Origin: Holophagaceae bacterium UBA692
GTDB lineage: Bacteria > Acidobacteriota > Holophagae > Holophagales > Holophagaceae
DNA: 43,139 bases
Direction of reading: 5' to 3'
Assembly (NCBI GenBank): GCA_002297665.1
Contig: DBMS01000294.1
Span: 15,934-59,072 of the forward strand
Under the pieces are notes generated by a model, which had not been told where the DNA came from, ran no database searches, and worked only from the letters and a program-made list of their open reading frames with translations. Positions 32,041-41,459 of the stretch are shown in pieces; position 1 is the first letter of the stretch, and the number at the start of each line of letters is the position of its first letter. The translations under genes were made by a program, and so were the position numbers.

Positions 32041-33951
32041 CTAGACGGCCTGGGGATGCATGGGCGGCGTCCAGCCGCGCTCATTCAGCAGCCTTACGCC
32101 CATGATGCGGCTCAGGCGGAAGCTCATCACCTCCTGGTGCAGGTGGCAGAACCCCCGCAGGTGCTCGCCGTCCACACCCTGGGGGGTGACCTTCCGCAGC
32201 TGGGGGCGGTGCGCGGCCAGGGGCAGGTAGGTGAGTTCCACCATGAGGTTGTAGCTGGCGGCGTACTCCAGGATGCGCGTGGTTTCTTCGGCGGCCTGGG
32301 CGCCCATGCCCATGTGGAGCATGGGCACCCGGCGGCGGATTTCCTGGTGCAGGTTGGGGTCCTCGGCCTGGATGCGCTGGAGGGCGGCGTGGATGATCTG
32401 CCGCACGGGGTCCAGGTGGTGGTTCATGCCCTGCTCGTCCACGAAGGATAGGCAGGCCAGGGACCAGAGGTAGAGGGCCTCGTCCCCGTCGATGCTCACG
32501 GGCAGGAAGCGGCCGGGCTTGGGCAGGAAGCCCGCCTGCTTGAGCAGGGCGAAGGCGTTGCCGGGTCCGTTGGCCTCCAGGACCGTCCCGGAGACGCGCT
32601 GCAGGTTGAGGGTGGCCAGTTCGGGGCGCAGGAGCAGCTCGTCGGCCAGGGCCTCGGTGCGGGCCTTCACCAGGCGGCAGCCCTGCTGGACCTCCACTTC
32701 GCCCAGGCGCCGGGCCAGATCCTCCAGGAGCTGGGCCAGGGGCTGGGGCACCGCGGCCGCCGGGGCGCCCAGGAGGCTGTTCATCTCCTCCAGGGTCAGA
32801 CCCATGTCCAGGGCCCGGATGAGGGTGTCGGAACCCACCCGCAGGCTCACCATGGCGTCCAGGGTCTCCACGTCGGCCATCTGCGCCACCCGCAGGAGGC
32901 GGTGGGGATTCTGGACCATGGGCGTGAGGACTTCCAGGGTGGGCTGGATGACCAGCGGCTGGTGGGCCATGAAGAGGGTCCAGTGCCCTTCGGTTCCCCG
33001 GTGGTCCCTCAGGAGGTACTCCTGGGCCAGGGTCTCCCCGTGGGGGGAAAGGGTCACGTGGGCGCCCTCGGCATCCAGGTTCACCAGGCCCATGCGGCCC
33101 AGGAAGGGCAGGAACACGGTCTCGGTGCGGTTCACGTCCAGGGGGTGAAGGGTCTGGAGGAAGGCCAGGAAGGGCCTCACGGCCAGCACCTGTCCGCGGC
33201 GCTCCAGAAGGTGCTGCATGAGGAAGGTGCGGTCCTCCGCGGGGGGCATGTTCCAGAGCTTGAGATCGTGCTCGAGGAGGATGGCGAAGGCCCGCTCCGG
33301 AACCCACCGGGGGGAGTGGGAGAGCACGGCGGGCAGCAGGGTGTCCACCCGGCCTTCGCGGTTCCACAGGAGGCCCAGGCGGTGCAGGAGGCCGAAGATG
33401 AGGGTGGCGTCGCGCTCGTCCTTGAGCAGGGCGTTCTTCTGGAGGAGCTGGCCCAGTTCCTTCTTGGCGGGCAGGCCCCCTTTCAGCACCCGGATCCCGC
33501 CCATGCAGCGCAGCAGGACGGAGGTGAGGGCCAGGGCGAAGCCGTAGGGCTGGGCCGGAATGAGGGCGACGTCGGCCCCGCCCTGGAAGCAGAAGGCGGC
33601 GTCGTCGAAGTCGGCCAGGGCGTCCGCCACCCGGCCGGGGACGGCCCAGCCCTCCCCCGAGGGGAGGATCAGGCCCAGGGCCAGCAGCTCGCCCTGGAAG
33701 GCCGCTTCGGGCTGGACCTCCTCCTCGGCGAGGCGCTTGAGGGCGGTGAGCTTGCTCCCGTCCAGGTCCAGCAGGGTGTTGGTGAGCTGCTTGTTGTCCT
33801 CCAGATGGAAGACCATGGTCTTGAGGAGTCGCATGCGCCCCTCGGGCCCCTCCTGCCAATACTGGGGGACCGGCAGCTTCCTCCGCTGGCAGATGGCGCG
33901 GAGCTGGTCGTCAGTGCAGTTGCATAGAAGCTGATAATGCGAAGGGGCCAT
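32041..33951 (-). CDS. Helicase-associated (Helicase_C_3/XPB-N-like) plus WYL domain protein
   Basis: PLVIQPTLEVL...ADVETLDAMVSLRV..TLIRALDMG domain; C-terminal ELTY..RKVTP..LRGFCHLHQEVMSFRLSRI WYL-like domain. Confidence 0.75.
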   Translation of the reverse strand: MAPSHYQLLCNCTDDQLRAICQRRKLPVPQYWQEGPEGRMRLLKTMVFHLEDNKQLTNTLLDLDGSKLTALKRLAEEEVQPEAAFQGELLALGLILPSGEGWAVPGRVADALADFDDAAFCFQGGADVALIPAQPYGFALALTSVLLRCMGGIRVLKGGLPAKKELGQLLQKNALLKDERDATLIFGLLHRLGLLWNREGRVDTLLPAVLSHSPRWVPERAFAILLEHDLKLWNMPPAEDRTFLMQHLLERRGQVLAVRPFLAFLQTLHPLDVNRTETVFLPFLGRMGLVNLDAEGAHVTLSPHGETLAQEYLLRDHRGTEGHWTLFMAHQPLVIQPTLEVLTPMVQNPHRLLRVAQMADVETLDAMVSLRVGSDTLIRALDMGLTLEEMNSLLGAPAAAVPQPLAQLLEDLARRLGEVEVQQGCRLVKARTEALADELLLRPELATLNLQRVSGTVLEANGPGNAFALLKQAGFLPKPGRFLPVSIDGDEALYLWSLACLSFVDEQGMNHHLDPVRQIIHAALQRIQAEDPNLHQEIRRRVPMLHMGMGAQAAEETTRILEYAASYNLMVELTYLPLAAHRPQLRKVTPQGVDGEHLRGFCHLHQEVMSFRLSRIMGVRLLNERGWTPPMHPQAV

Positions 33952-34073
33952 AGGTCCTCACATGCACCGGGCTGTGCCGGGGGGGCCGATCCGTAATGAC
34001 CGATCAGTTTCTCATGTTTCAGGGGCAAACGTGAGGGGGAAATCCGGCACCCCCACCCCCGCGCACCGGCGCG

Positions 34074-34102
34074 TTGACCCTGGGGTCGACTCCTTCTAGT
34101 CT
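34074..34102 (+). promoter_or_regulatory. Sigma70-type promoter TTGACC-N17-TAGTCT for the XPB gene
   Basis: Near-consensus hexamers at 17-bp spacing, 21 bp before the GTG. Confidence 0.55.
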
Positions 34103-34123
34103 CAACCTTTTGGACCTTGCCGC

Positions 34124-35875
34124 GTGATCGCCCTTCGTCCGGACAACCCCCTGATCGTCCAGAGTGACAGGACCCTTCTCCTGGAAGTGGCCCACCCGTC
34201 CTTCGAGGAGGTGCGGGACGAACTGAGCCGCTTCGCGGAACTGGTAAAGTCGCCCGAGCACATCCATACGTACCGCATCACCCCGCTGTCCCTGTGGAAC
34301 GCCTCGGCCTCCGGGGTCACCTGCGACGAGATGGCCTCCACCCTCAACCGGTGGTCCAAGTACCCCGTCCCCCAGAACCTCCTCCAGGAGATCCAGGACC
34401 ACGGCACCCGCTACGGCAGGCTGCGCCTGGTGGTGAAGGACGGCCGGCTGGCCCTGGAGATGGACGACCGGGGCCTCTTCTACGAACTGGAGAACCAGCG
34501 CAGCCTCCAGGAGCATCTGGCCGAACCGTACCCCGACCAGCGGGGCATCTTCCTGGCGGACGGCAAGCGAGGCGAAGTGAAGCTCCAGCTGATCCGCCTG
34601 GGCCATCCGGTGCAGGACCTGGCGGGCTTCAAGCCCGGCGATCCCCTGGAATTCACGCTGCGGGACACCCTGGCGGGCACCGGCAAGCCCTTCGGCCTGC
34701 GGCCCTACCAGCGGGCCGCGGTGGACGTCTTCCACGCCGGGGGCGGCCCCGAGGGCGGCGCCGGCGTCCTGGTGCTTCCCTGCGGCGCGGGCAAGACCGT
34801 CATCGCCATCGGCTGCATGGCGCGGCTCCAGACGCGCACCCTGGTGCTCACCACCAACGTCACCGCCGTCAAGCAGTGGAAGCAGGAGCTCCTGGACAAG
34901 ACGTCCCTGCGGGACGAGGACATCGGCCTCTACACGGGCGACACCAAGGAGATCCGTCCCGTCACCATCGCCACCTACCAGATCCTCACCTACCGCAAGA
35001 GCAAGGGCGCCCCGTTCGAACACTTCAAGATCTTCGAAGCCGCCAACTGGGGGCTCGTCATCCACGACGAGGTGCACATGCTGCCCGCGCCGGTCTTCCG
35101 CGCCGTGGCCGAGCTCCAGGCCAAGCGCCGCCTGGGCCTCACGGCCACGCTCGTGCGCGAGGACGGCAAGGAGGAGGACGTCTTCTCCCTCATCGGACCC
35201 AAGCGGGTGGACGTGCCCTGGAAGACCCTGGAGAAGAGCGGCTTCATCGCGGAAGCCCACTGCCTGGAGATCCGCGTGCCCCTGCCCTCCGACGAGCGCA
35301 TGGACTACGCCGTGGCCGACTCCCGGGCGCGCTTTCGCATCGCCTCGGAGAACAGCCTCAAGCTGGTGGTCATGGACGAGCTCCTGGCCGGGCACCCCGG
35401 CGACAGCATCCTGGTCATCGGCCAGTATCTGGACCAGCTGCGCATCATCGGCGAGCGCCTGGACGCGCCGGTCCTCACGGGCCAGACCCCCGAGCGGGAG
35501 CGGGAGGAGCTGTACCGCGCCTTCCGGGCCGGGGAGCTCAAGGTGCTGATCGTGAGCAAGGTGGCCAACTTCGCCATCGACCTGCCCGACGCGAGCGTGG
35601 CCATCCAGGTGAGCGGCACCTTCGGGTCCCGCCAGGAGGAGGCCCAGCGCCTGGGGCGCATCCTGCGGCCCAAGGGGGAACGCAACGTCAGCTTCTTCTA
35701 TTCGCTCATTTCCAGGGACACCACCGAGCAGGAGTTCGCCCGGAACCGGCAATTGTTCCTCACCGAGCAGGGCTACCGCTACCTCATCGAAAGCCGGCAC
35801 CTGGACGGCGACGGCCTGAGCGAGCCAACGGTGTGGCGCCAGATGCTCGCCGAATCCGGGCCGCCGGCACCCTGA
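34124..35875 (+). CDS. XPB/Rad25-type DNA repair helicase (SF2)
   Basis: PLIVQSDRTLLLE, LRPYQ, LPCGAGKT, DEVH, LGLTATLVREDG, SKVANFAIDLPDA, EEAQRLGRILR. Confidence 0.93.
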   Translation: MIALRPDNPLIVQSDRTLLLEVAHPSFEEVRDELSRFAELVKSPEHIHTYRITPLSLWNASASGVTCDEMASTLNRWSKYPVPQNLLQEIQDHGTRYGRLRLVVKDGRLALEMDDRGLFYELENQRSLQEHLAEPYPDQRGIFLADGKRGEVKLQLIRLGHPVQDLAGFKPGDPLEFTLRDTLAGTGKPFGLRPYQRAAVDVFHAGGGPEGGAGVLVLPCGAGKTVIAIGCMARLQTRTLVLTTNVTAVKQWKQELLDKTSLRDEDIGLYTGDTKEIRPVTIATYQILTYRKSKGAPFEHFKIFEAANWGLVIHDEVHMLPAPVFRAVAELQAKRRLGLTATLVREDGKEEDVFSLIGPKRVDVPWKTLEKSGFIAEAHCLEIRVPLPSDERMDYAVADSRARFRIASENSLKLVVMDELLAGHPGDSILVIGQYLDQLRIIGERLDAPVLTGQTPEREREELYRAFRAGELKVLIVSKVANFAIDLPDASVAIQVSGTFGSRQEEAQRLGRILRPKGERNVSFFYSLISRDTTEQEFARNRQLFLTEQGYRYLIESRHLDGDGLSEPTVWRQMLAESGPPAP

Positions 35876-35877
35876 CC

Positions 35878-35896
35878 TGAACGAGGGGGGACCGCG
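35878..35896. repeat. Partial dispersed copy of the 11509 REP-like element
   Basis: TGAACGAGGGGGGACCGCG, 18/19 identical to 11511-11529; lies between convergent genes. Confidence 0.55.
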
Positions 35897-35908
35897 TCTG
35901 AATCCGCC

Positions 35909-36454
35909 TCAGATCCCGGACAGGAGCCGCGCGGCGGCCGGGTGCAGCAGCAGCACCACGGGAATGGCGTAGAGCCCGGCCACCACGTCGTCGGCCACGA
36001 TCCCCGCCCCCCCCGGCAGCACCTGGATCTGGCGGATGGGCCAAGGCTTCCAGATGTCGAAGAGCCGGAAGGCCAGGAACGGAACCGCCAGCGAAGCCGC
36101 CAGGCGCCAGCCCCCCGGCTGCAGGAGCCGGGGCAGGCCGGAGGCGACCTCCCACCGCGCGGGCCACAGGGCGATCCACAGGCCGGCCCACTCGTCGGCG
36201 ACGACGTAGCCGGGATCCTTGTGCCCCGTCTCGGCCGTCACCCGGTCCGAAGCGGCCACCGCCAGCCAGGTCATGCCCATGGGCGCGGCCAGGAAGAGCA
36301 GCTCGGAACCCCAGCCCCCGGGGGCCCTCAGGACCGGCGTGATCAGGCACCAGAAGACGAGCCCGGCCAGGGAGCCCCAGGTGCCGGGCGCGGGGCGCAG
36401 GCGGCCCGAGCCCAGGCCCGTGGCCACCCACCACGCCCAGCGCGGAGCCGGCAT
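35909..36454 (-). CDS. pgpA: Phosphatidylglycerophosphatase A
   Basis: ATGLGSG..PAPGTWGS, KDPGYVVADEWAG, FRLFDIWKPWPI, GIVADDVVAG. Confidence 0.93.
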   Translation of the reverse strand: MPAPRWAWWVATGLGSGRLRPAPGTWGSLAGLVFWCLITPVLRAPGGWGSELLFLAAPMGMTWLAVAASDRVTAETGHKDPGYVVADEWAGLWIALWPARWEVASGLPRLLQPGGWRLAASLAVPFLAFRLFDIWKPWPIRQIQVLPGGAGIVADDVVAGLYAIPVVLLLHPAAARLLSGI

Positions 36455-36903
36455 CAGGCGTCCACCACGTCGGGCTCCAGGATCACCTCGCCGTTGAAGG
36501 AGTTCGCGATGACGCAGTACTTGTGCGCCTTCTCGAACATCTCCCGCACCTTGTCGTGGCTGGTGCCGGGGGCCACGGTGATCGTGGGCTTCAGGGTGAT
36601 GGTCGCCACCCGCGTGAGGCGGTCCACGGTCTCCATGGCGGCCTCGGACGCCCCCTCGTAGGCGGTGACCGTCAGGCGCACCTTGGCGGCCAGGGCCAGG
36701 AAGGTGAGCATGTGGCACTGGGCCATGGCCGCGGCCAGGAGGTCCTCGGGATTCCACCGGGACGCGTCGCCGCCGTTGGCGGGGCTGCTGCTGGCGGGGA
36801 CCGGGTCGGGCGCTCCGGGCTTGGCGAGGTGCGAGGAGCGGCTGTAGGCGGGATCCTGGGTGCTGCCCTTCCAGCTGACGGTGACGGGGAACTTCTCGGA
36901 CAT
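36454..36903 (-). CDS. OsmC/Ohr family protein
   Basis: WNPEDLLAAAMAQCHMLTFL and AHKYCVIANS two-Cys motifs. Confidence 0.9.
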   Translation of the reverse strand: MSEKFPVTVSWKGSTQDPAYSRSSHLAKPGAPDPVPASSSPANGGDASRWNPEDLLAAAMAQCHMLTFLALAAKVRLTVTAYEGASEAAMETVDRLTRVATITLKPTITVAPGTSHDKVREMFEKAHKYCVIANSFNGEVILEPDVVDA

Positions 36904-36934
36904 CACGAGCCTCCTTGCCGACAGTCTAGCGGGA

Positions 36935-38311
36935 TCACGAACGGGCCCGCCGGGATTCCTCGAAGCGGCGCACGGCCGCTTCGGCGCCGCCTTCCACCAC
37001 CTCGCCCACCAGGTCGTAGGCGTGGCCCTTGGTGATCCGCACGGACTGGATGGTGCCGGGCACCACGTCCCCGCCCACGATGAGCACCCCGCCGTCCACC
37101 TCGGGAGCCTGCCCCCGGTGGCGGCCCTTGAAGACCATGTCGGTCTCCTCGTGGGTTCCCTCCACCAGGACCTCCAGCACCCGGCCTTCCAGGCCGCGGT
37201 TCCGCTCGCGGCAGATCTTCTGCTGGAGTTCCATGAGGATGCGCTTGCGGCTGTTCTTGGTTCGCGCGGGGACCGGGTCGCCCAGGGCGTAGGCGGAGGT
37301 GCCCTCCTCCAGGGAATAGGTGAACACGCCCACGTGCTCGAAGCGGGCCTCCTCCACGAAGCCGCGCAGCTCGGCGAAGGCCGCCTCGTCCTCCGTGGGG
37401 AAGCCCACGATGAAGTTGGACCGGATGAAGACGTCCGGGATGATGCGCCGGGCCTTGGCCAGAAGCTTGAGGAAGGTCGCGCGGCCCCCGCCCCGGGCCA
37501 TGGCCCGCAGGACGCCGGCATCCCCGTGCTGCAGGGGCATGTCCAGGTACTTCGCGCAGTTGTGGGTTTCGGCGATGGCGTGGAGAAGGCCGTCGGTGAG
37601 CCGGTTGGGGTAGGCGTAGTGGATGCGGAACCAGGCCAGGCCCTCCACCTCGCCCAGGGCGCGCACGAGCTTTTCCAGGGCGTCCGGATCCCCCAGGTCC
37701 CGGCCGAAGTCGGTGGTGTCCTGGCCCACCAGGTTGATTTCCAGCACCCCGCCTTCCACCAGGCGCCGGGCCTCGGCGACCACGCTGGCGATGGTCCGGC
37801 TCCGCTGGGGCCCCCTGATGGCGGGAATGATGCAGAAGGCGCAGCTGTGGTCGCAGCCTTCGCTGATCTTCAGGTAGGCGCTGGCCTTGGGCGTCGTCAG
37901 GAGGCGGGGGCTGGCCTCGGTGTACAGGTAGCCGGGGTCCCGCTCGGGCTCGAAAAGCCGGTCCGAGGCGCCCAGCACCTCGGCGATGTGCTCGATGTCC
38001 CGGGTGCCCAGGCAGGCGTCGATCTCGGGCATGTCGGCCAGGAGCTGGTCCCGGTAGCGCTCCACCATGCACCCGGCCACCACCAGCTTCCGGCAGGCGC
38101 CCTCCTTCTTGTACGAGGCGGCCTGGAGGATGGCCTCGATGCTTTCCTTCTTGGCGGATTCGATGAAACCGCAGGTATTGACCACCAGGATCTCCGCCTG
38201 GGCGGGGTCGGGGGTGATGGTGAAGCCCTTCAGCCTGAGGTGGCCGAGCATCACCTCGCTGTCCACGAGGTTCTTGGGGCAGCCCAGGGACATGAAACCT
38301 ACTTTGGCCAT
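36935..38311 (-). CDS. rimO: Ribosomal protein S12 methylthiotransferase
   Basis: SLGCPKNLVDSE, NTCGFIESAKKESI, KISEGCDHSCAFCIIP radical-SAM motif, APEVDG TRAM region. Confidence 0.95.
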   Translation of the reverse strand: MAKVGFMSLGCPKNLVDSEVMLGHLRLKGFTITPDPAQAEILVVNTCGFIESAKKESIEAILQAASYKKEGACRKLVVAGCMVERYRDQLLADMPEIDACLGTRDIEHIAEVLGASDRLFEPERDPGYLYTEASPRLLTTPKASAYLKISEGCDHSCAFCIIPAIRGPQRSRTIASVVAEARRLVEGGVLEINLVGQDTTDFGRDLGDPDALEKLVRALGEVEGLAWFRIHYAYPNRLTDGLLHAIAETHNCAKYLDMPLQHGDAGVLRAMARGGGRATFLKLLAKARRIIPDVFIRSNFIVGFPTEDEAAFAELRGFVEEARFEHVGVFTYSLEEGTSAYALGDPVPARTKNSRKRILMELQQKICRERNRGLEGRVLEVLVEGTHEETDMVFKGRHRGQAPEVDGGVLIVGGDVVPGTIQSVRITKGHAYDLVGEVVEGGAEAAVRRFEESRRARS

Positions 38312-38381
38312 CCGGCCTCCTTGACCCTTCAGAATAACGTTATCGGTGCTATTCTCTGCATTCTGCTGAGAGTGGAAGGCC

Positions 38382-39962
38382 ATGAAGATCATCCTGCTCG
38401 TCGAAGGGGCCCGCCGGACGGTGGAACTCACGGAAGAAGGCATCACCGTGGGCCGGGGCGAGGCTGCGACGGTGCGGATCTCCTCCAATGCGGTCAGCCG
38501 GGTGCACGCCCGCTTCTTCCTCAAGGGCGGGCAGGTCCATGTGCAGGACCTCAAGTCCATGAACGGCACAACCTTCCGGGAGGCTCCGGTGCTGGAGCCG
38601 ACCCCCTTGAACCCCGGGGACACGGTCCTCCTGGGGGAGGTTCCGGTGCAGTGGCTGGACGAGGGGATGAGCGCGCCGACTCCGCCCGCGCGGGTCCTGT
38701 CCAGGCCGCACACCGAGGCCCGGATCGCCCTGGAAGACCGGGCCTTCGACACCTCCGGCAGCATCATGGTGCCCCACTCCACCCTGGAGGACCTGCTGGC
38801 CAAGCATCAGGCCGGCCAGGCTCCCGCCGAGGCGGAGGCCCTCTTCTCCCGCCTGGCCTCCATGGCGGGAAAGCTCCTGGGGGCAGCCGGCCTGGCGGAG
38901 CTGCTGGAATCCGTCATGAGCCTCATCTCCGCCCAGATCCCGTGCCAGCGGGGTTTCATCCTCCTCGCGGACCCCAGCGGAGACCTGGTGCCGGAGTTCG
39001 TCTGGGAGGAGAAGCCGGGGGTCATCACCACCCCCATAAGCCGAACCATCGCCAGGACGGCAATGACCGCCAAGGTCACCATCCTCACCACCGACGCCCG
39101 GGTCGACCCCCGGTTCTCGGCGGGGGAGAGCATCAAGATCCACGGCATCTCCTCCGCCCTGTGCGCCCCCCTCATCGTGGACACCCAGGCGCTGGGGGTG
39201 ATCTACCTGGAATCCAGCCTCAACAAGGGCGGGTTCAAGCGGGAGGACGAACACCTCCTGTCGGCCATGGCCAATTTCGCCGCCGTGGGCATCCAGCGGG
39301 AGCGGGAGACCCGGTTCCGCCAGCGCCTGGAGCGCTACCACAGCCCCCAGGTGGTCAACGAAATCCTCAGGGCCGCCCAGAACCTGGACGCCCCCATCCT
39401 CCAGGCCCGGCGCTGCGAGATCTCCGTCCTCTTCGCGGACATCTCGGGCTTCACCCGCATGTCCGAGGGCATGGAGCCCCTGCAGCTGGCCACCATCCTC
39501 AACCGCTCCTTCGAGGTCATGACCGACCAGATCTTCATCCGGGGGGGGACCCTGGACAAGTACATCGGGGACGCCATCATGGCCTTCTTCGGGGCCCCGG
39601 CGCCGGACCCCGACCATGCGCTCCACGCCGTGGAGGCGGCCAAGGCCATGCAGCAGGGCCTCAAGTACATGAACGGGAACCGCCCGGCGGGCTACCCCGA
39701 ACTGCGCATGCGAATCGGAATCAACAGCGGGGAGGCCTTCGCGGGGGACATCGGCTGCGAGAAGCGCATGGACTACACCGTCATGGGCTCCACCGTGAAT
39801 CTGGCCTCCCGCCTGGAGAGCAGCGTGGCCGGCCCCGGGCAGATCGCCATCGGCCCCCGAACAGCCGAAATATTGCAATCTAAAGACTTAATACAACTCG
39901 GTCCCGTCTCGCTCAAGAACATCGAACAGGAGGTCCGGCCCTTCCTGGTGCCCTGGGAATGA
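38382..39962 (+). CDS. FHA-GAF-class III adenylate cyclase
   Basis: VGRG..VSRVHA..DLKSMNGT (FHA); SALCAPL..GVIY (GAF); FADISGFT, LDKYIGDAIMAFF, DYTVMGSTVNLASRLE (cyclase). Confidence 0.9.
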   Translation: MKIILLVEGARRTVELTEEGITVGRGEAATVRISSNAVSRVHARFFLKGGQVHVQDLKSMNGTTFREAPVLEPTPLNPGDTVLLGEVPVQWLDEGMSAPTPPARVLSRPHTEARIALEDRAFDTSGSIMVPHSTLEDLLAKHQAGQAPAEAEALFSRLASMAGKLLGAAGLAELLESVMSLISAQIPCQRGFILLADPSGDLVPEFVWEEKPGVITTPISRTIARTAMTAKVTILTTDARVDPRFSAGESIKIHGISSALCAPLIVDTQALGVIYLESSLNKGGFKREDEHLLSAMANFAAVGIQRERETRFRQRLERYHSPQVVNEILRAAQNLDAPILQARRCEISVLFADISGFTRMSEGMEPLQLATILNRSFEVMTDQIFIRGGTLDKYIGDAIMAFFGAPAPDPDHALHAVEAAKAMQQGLKYMNGNRPAGYPELRMRIGINSGEAFAGDIGCEKRMDYTVMGSTVNLASRLESSVAGPGQIAIGPRTAEILQSKDLIQLGPVSLKNIEQEVRPFLVPWE

Positions 39963-40029
39963 GCGCAGGCGCCGCGGCCTTGGACGTACCCCCCATCCCC
40001 ATGTTGAAATGAACTGTCCAGACTCAAAT

Positions 40030-40057
40030 TCAAGCCGGGAGTCCGCGCCTCCGATCA
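40030..40057 (+). promoter_or_regulatory. Possible sigma28 (FliA) promoter TCAAG-N15-TCCGATCA
   Basis: Resembles TAAA/TCAAG...GCCGATAA and sits immediately upstream of the chemotaxis operon. Confidence 0.4.
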
Positions 40058-40077
40058 CCCTGCACAGGAAGGTCCCC

Positions 40078-40473
40078 ATGTCCTCCGAACGCCGAAACTA
40101 CCGAAGGATCCCAGGTGGCGCCACCGTTGGCTTCCAGGAGCTGTCCTTCGCCCGGGAGCCGGAGCCCGCCACCAGCGTCTACGGCGACATCTCCGGCGGC
40201 GGCCTCCTGCTGAACTCCCCCCGGGAACTCCCCCTGGAGACCCTCCTGAAGCTGGAGATCCGGGTGCCCGGCTGGGGGCGGCACCAGAACCACTTCGGCC
40301 CCGCGGCCGAGGCAGACCTGCGGCCCCTGGTGGCCGTGGGCAAGGTGGTCCGGGTCGAACACCTGGAAAGCGGTGAATATGAACTTGGGGTAAAATTCCT
40401 CAATGTTTATCCGGATGACCAGGCGGCCCTCATGAAATTCATCGATGCCGCAGCAATGGCTGAAGAGAAGTAG
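40078..40473 (+). CDS. PilZ domain protein heading the che operon
   Basis: ERRNYRR (RxxxR), DISGGG, GKVVRV, YELGVKF; AGGAAGG RBS before ATG 40078. Confidence 0.85.
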   Translation: MSSERRNYRRIPGGATVGFQELSFAREPEPATSVYGDISGGGLLLNSPRELPLETLLKLEIRVPGWGRHQNHFGPAAEADLRPLVAVGKVVRVEHLESGEYELGVKFLNVYPDDQAALMKFIDAAAMAEEK

Positions 40474-40497
40474 GATATTGACCTAAAAGGAGCTCCC

Positions 40498-40854
40498 TTG
40501 AAGATCCTAATCGTGGACGACTCTTCGACGATGCGCCGCATCATCATCAACACCCTTTCCCGCATCGGATACACCGACGTGGTGGAAGGGGAGCACGGCA
40601 AGGCGGGCCTGGAAAAGCTCGCCCAGGGCGGTGTCGAGATGATCATCACCGACTGGAACATGCCGGAGATGGACGGCCTGGAATTCGTGCAGACCGTGCG
40701 CGGCCAGAACACCACCATCCCCATCCTCATGGTCACCACCAACGCCGCCAAGGAGGACATCGTCCAGGCCCTCCAGGCCGGGGTGAACAACTACGTGGTC
40801 AAGCCCTTCACGCCCGAGACGCTCAAGGAAAAGATCGAGTCCCTGCTCGGCTAG
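40498..40854 (+). CDS. cheY: Chemotaxis response regulator
   Basis: ILIVDDSSTMRRII, ITDWNMPEMDG, MVTT, YVVKPF. Confidence 0.93.
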   Translation: MKILIVDDSSTMRRIIINTLSRIGYTDVVEGEHGKAGLEKLAQGGVEMIITDWNMPEMDGLEFVQTVRGQNTTIPILMVTTNAAKEDIVQALQAGVNNYVVKPFTPETLKEKIESLLG

Positions 40855-40886
40855 ACCTCCCAGAACCACCCCCGAGGGGAGGCACC

Positions 40887-41456
40887 ATGGATCAATCCGA
40901 AATCGACGCCCTCATGAAGAACGCGCCGGGCAAGCCCGGCAAGGCCGGGAAGGCGCCCGCGCCCGCCAAGGCGCCGGCGGGCCCGGCCCCGGACGCCCAG
41001 GGGCACGTGATCTCCGAACTGGACGCCGTCACCGCCGTCACGGAACGCGAGACGAACAAGGTCATGGACCAGCTGGACCTCATCAGCACCCTGGTGGGCC
41101 AGCAGCAGGCCCTGATCACGGGCCTCATGGCCCATCCCTCCGCCCAGGACGCCTCGGTGCAGGAGGCCGTCCGCCAGATCATGGCCGCGGGCAAGGACAT
41201 CCAGGACAAGGTCTACGAGGCCATGGACCTCATGCAGTTCCAGGACATCACTCGCCAGAAGCTCGAGCGGATCGTCCATCACCTGCGCCAGATCCACGAC
41301 TACATCGTGGACCTCCTCGGCACGGGCCTGAAGAGCGAAGGCGAGCGGGCCTCCATCAGCCGCACCATCGCCACCACCGGCACCACCCCGGACGAGAAGA
41401 AGACCCACGCGGACTCGGTGGTCGAGGAATTCAAACGAAGCCAGACCAAGGAATGA
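40887..41456 (+). CDS. cheZ: CheZ-like phosphatase
   Basis: ELDAVTAVTERETNKVMDQL and MQFQDITRQKLERI (DxxxQ motif); MDQSEIDALM N-terminal peptide. Confidence 0.7.
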   Translation: MDQSEIDALMKNAPGKPGKAGKAPAPAKAPAGPAPDAQGHVISELDAVTAVTERETNKVMDQLDLISTLVGQQQALITGLMAHPSAQDASVQEAVRQIMAAGKDIQDKVYEAMDLMQFQDITRQKLERIVHHLRQIHDYIVDLLGTGLKSEGERASISRTIATTGTTPDEKKTHADSVVEEFKRSQTKE

Positions 41457-41459
41457 TCC

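Noticed and set aside
33952-34123. LexA/SOS box in the XPB divergent promoter
   Set aside because: No CTGT-N8-ACAG, GAAC-N4-GTTC or GTTC-N7-GTTC match found by eye
38330-38350. Sigma28 -10 element (ACCGATAA on the minus strand) before rimO
   Set aside because: No acceptable -35 at the required spacing; overlaps a simple ATAACGTTAT palindrome
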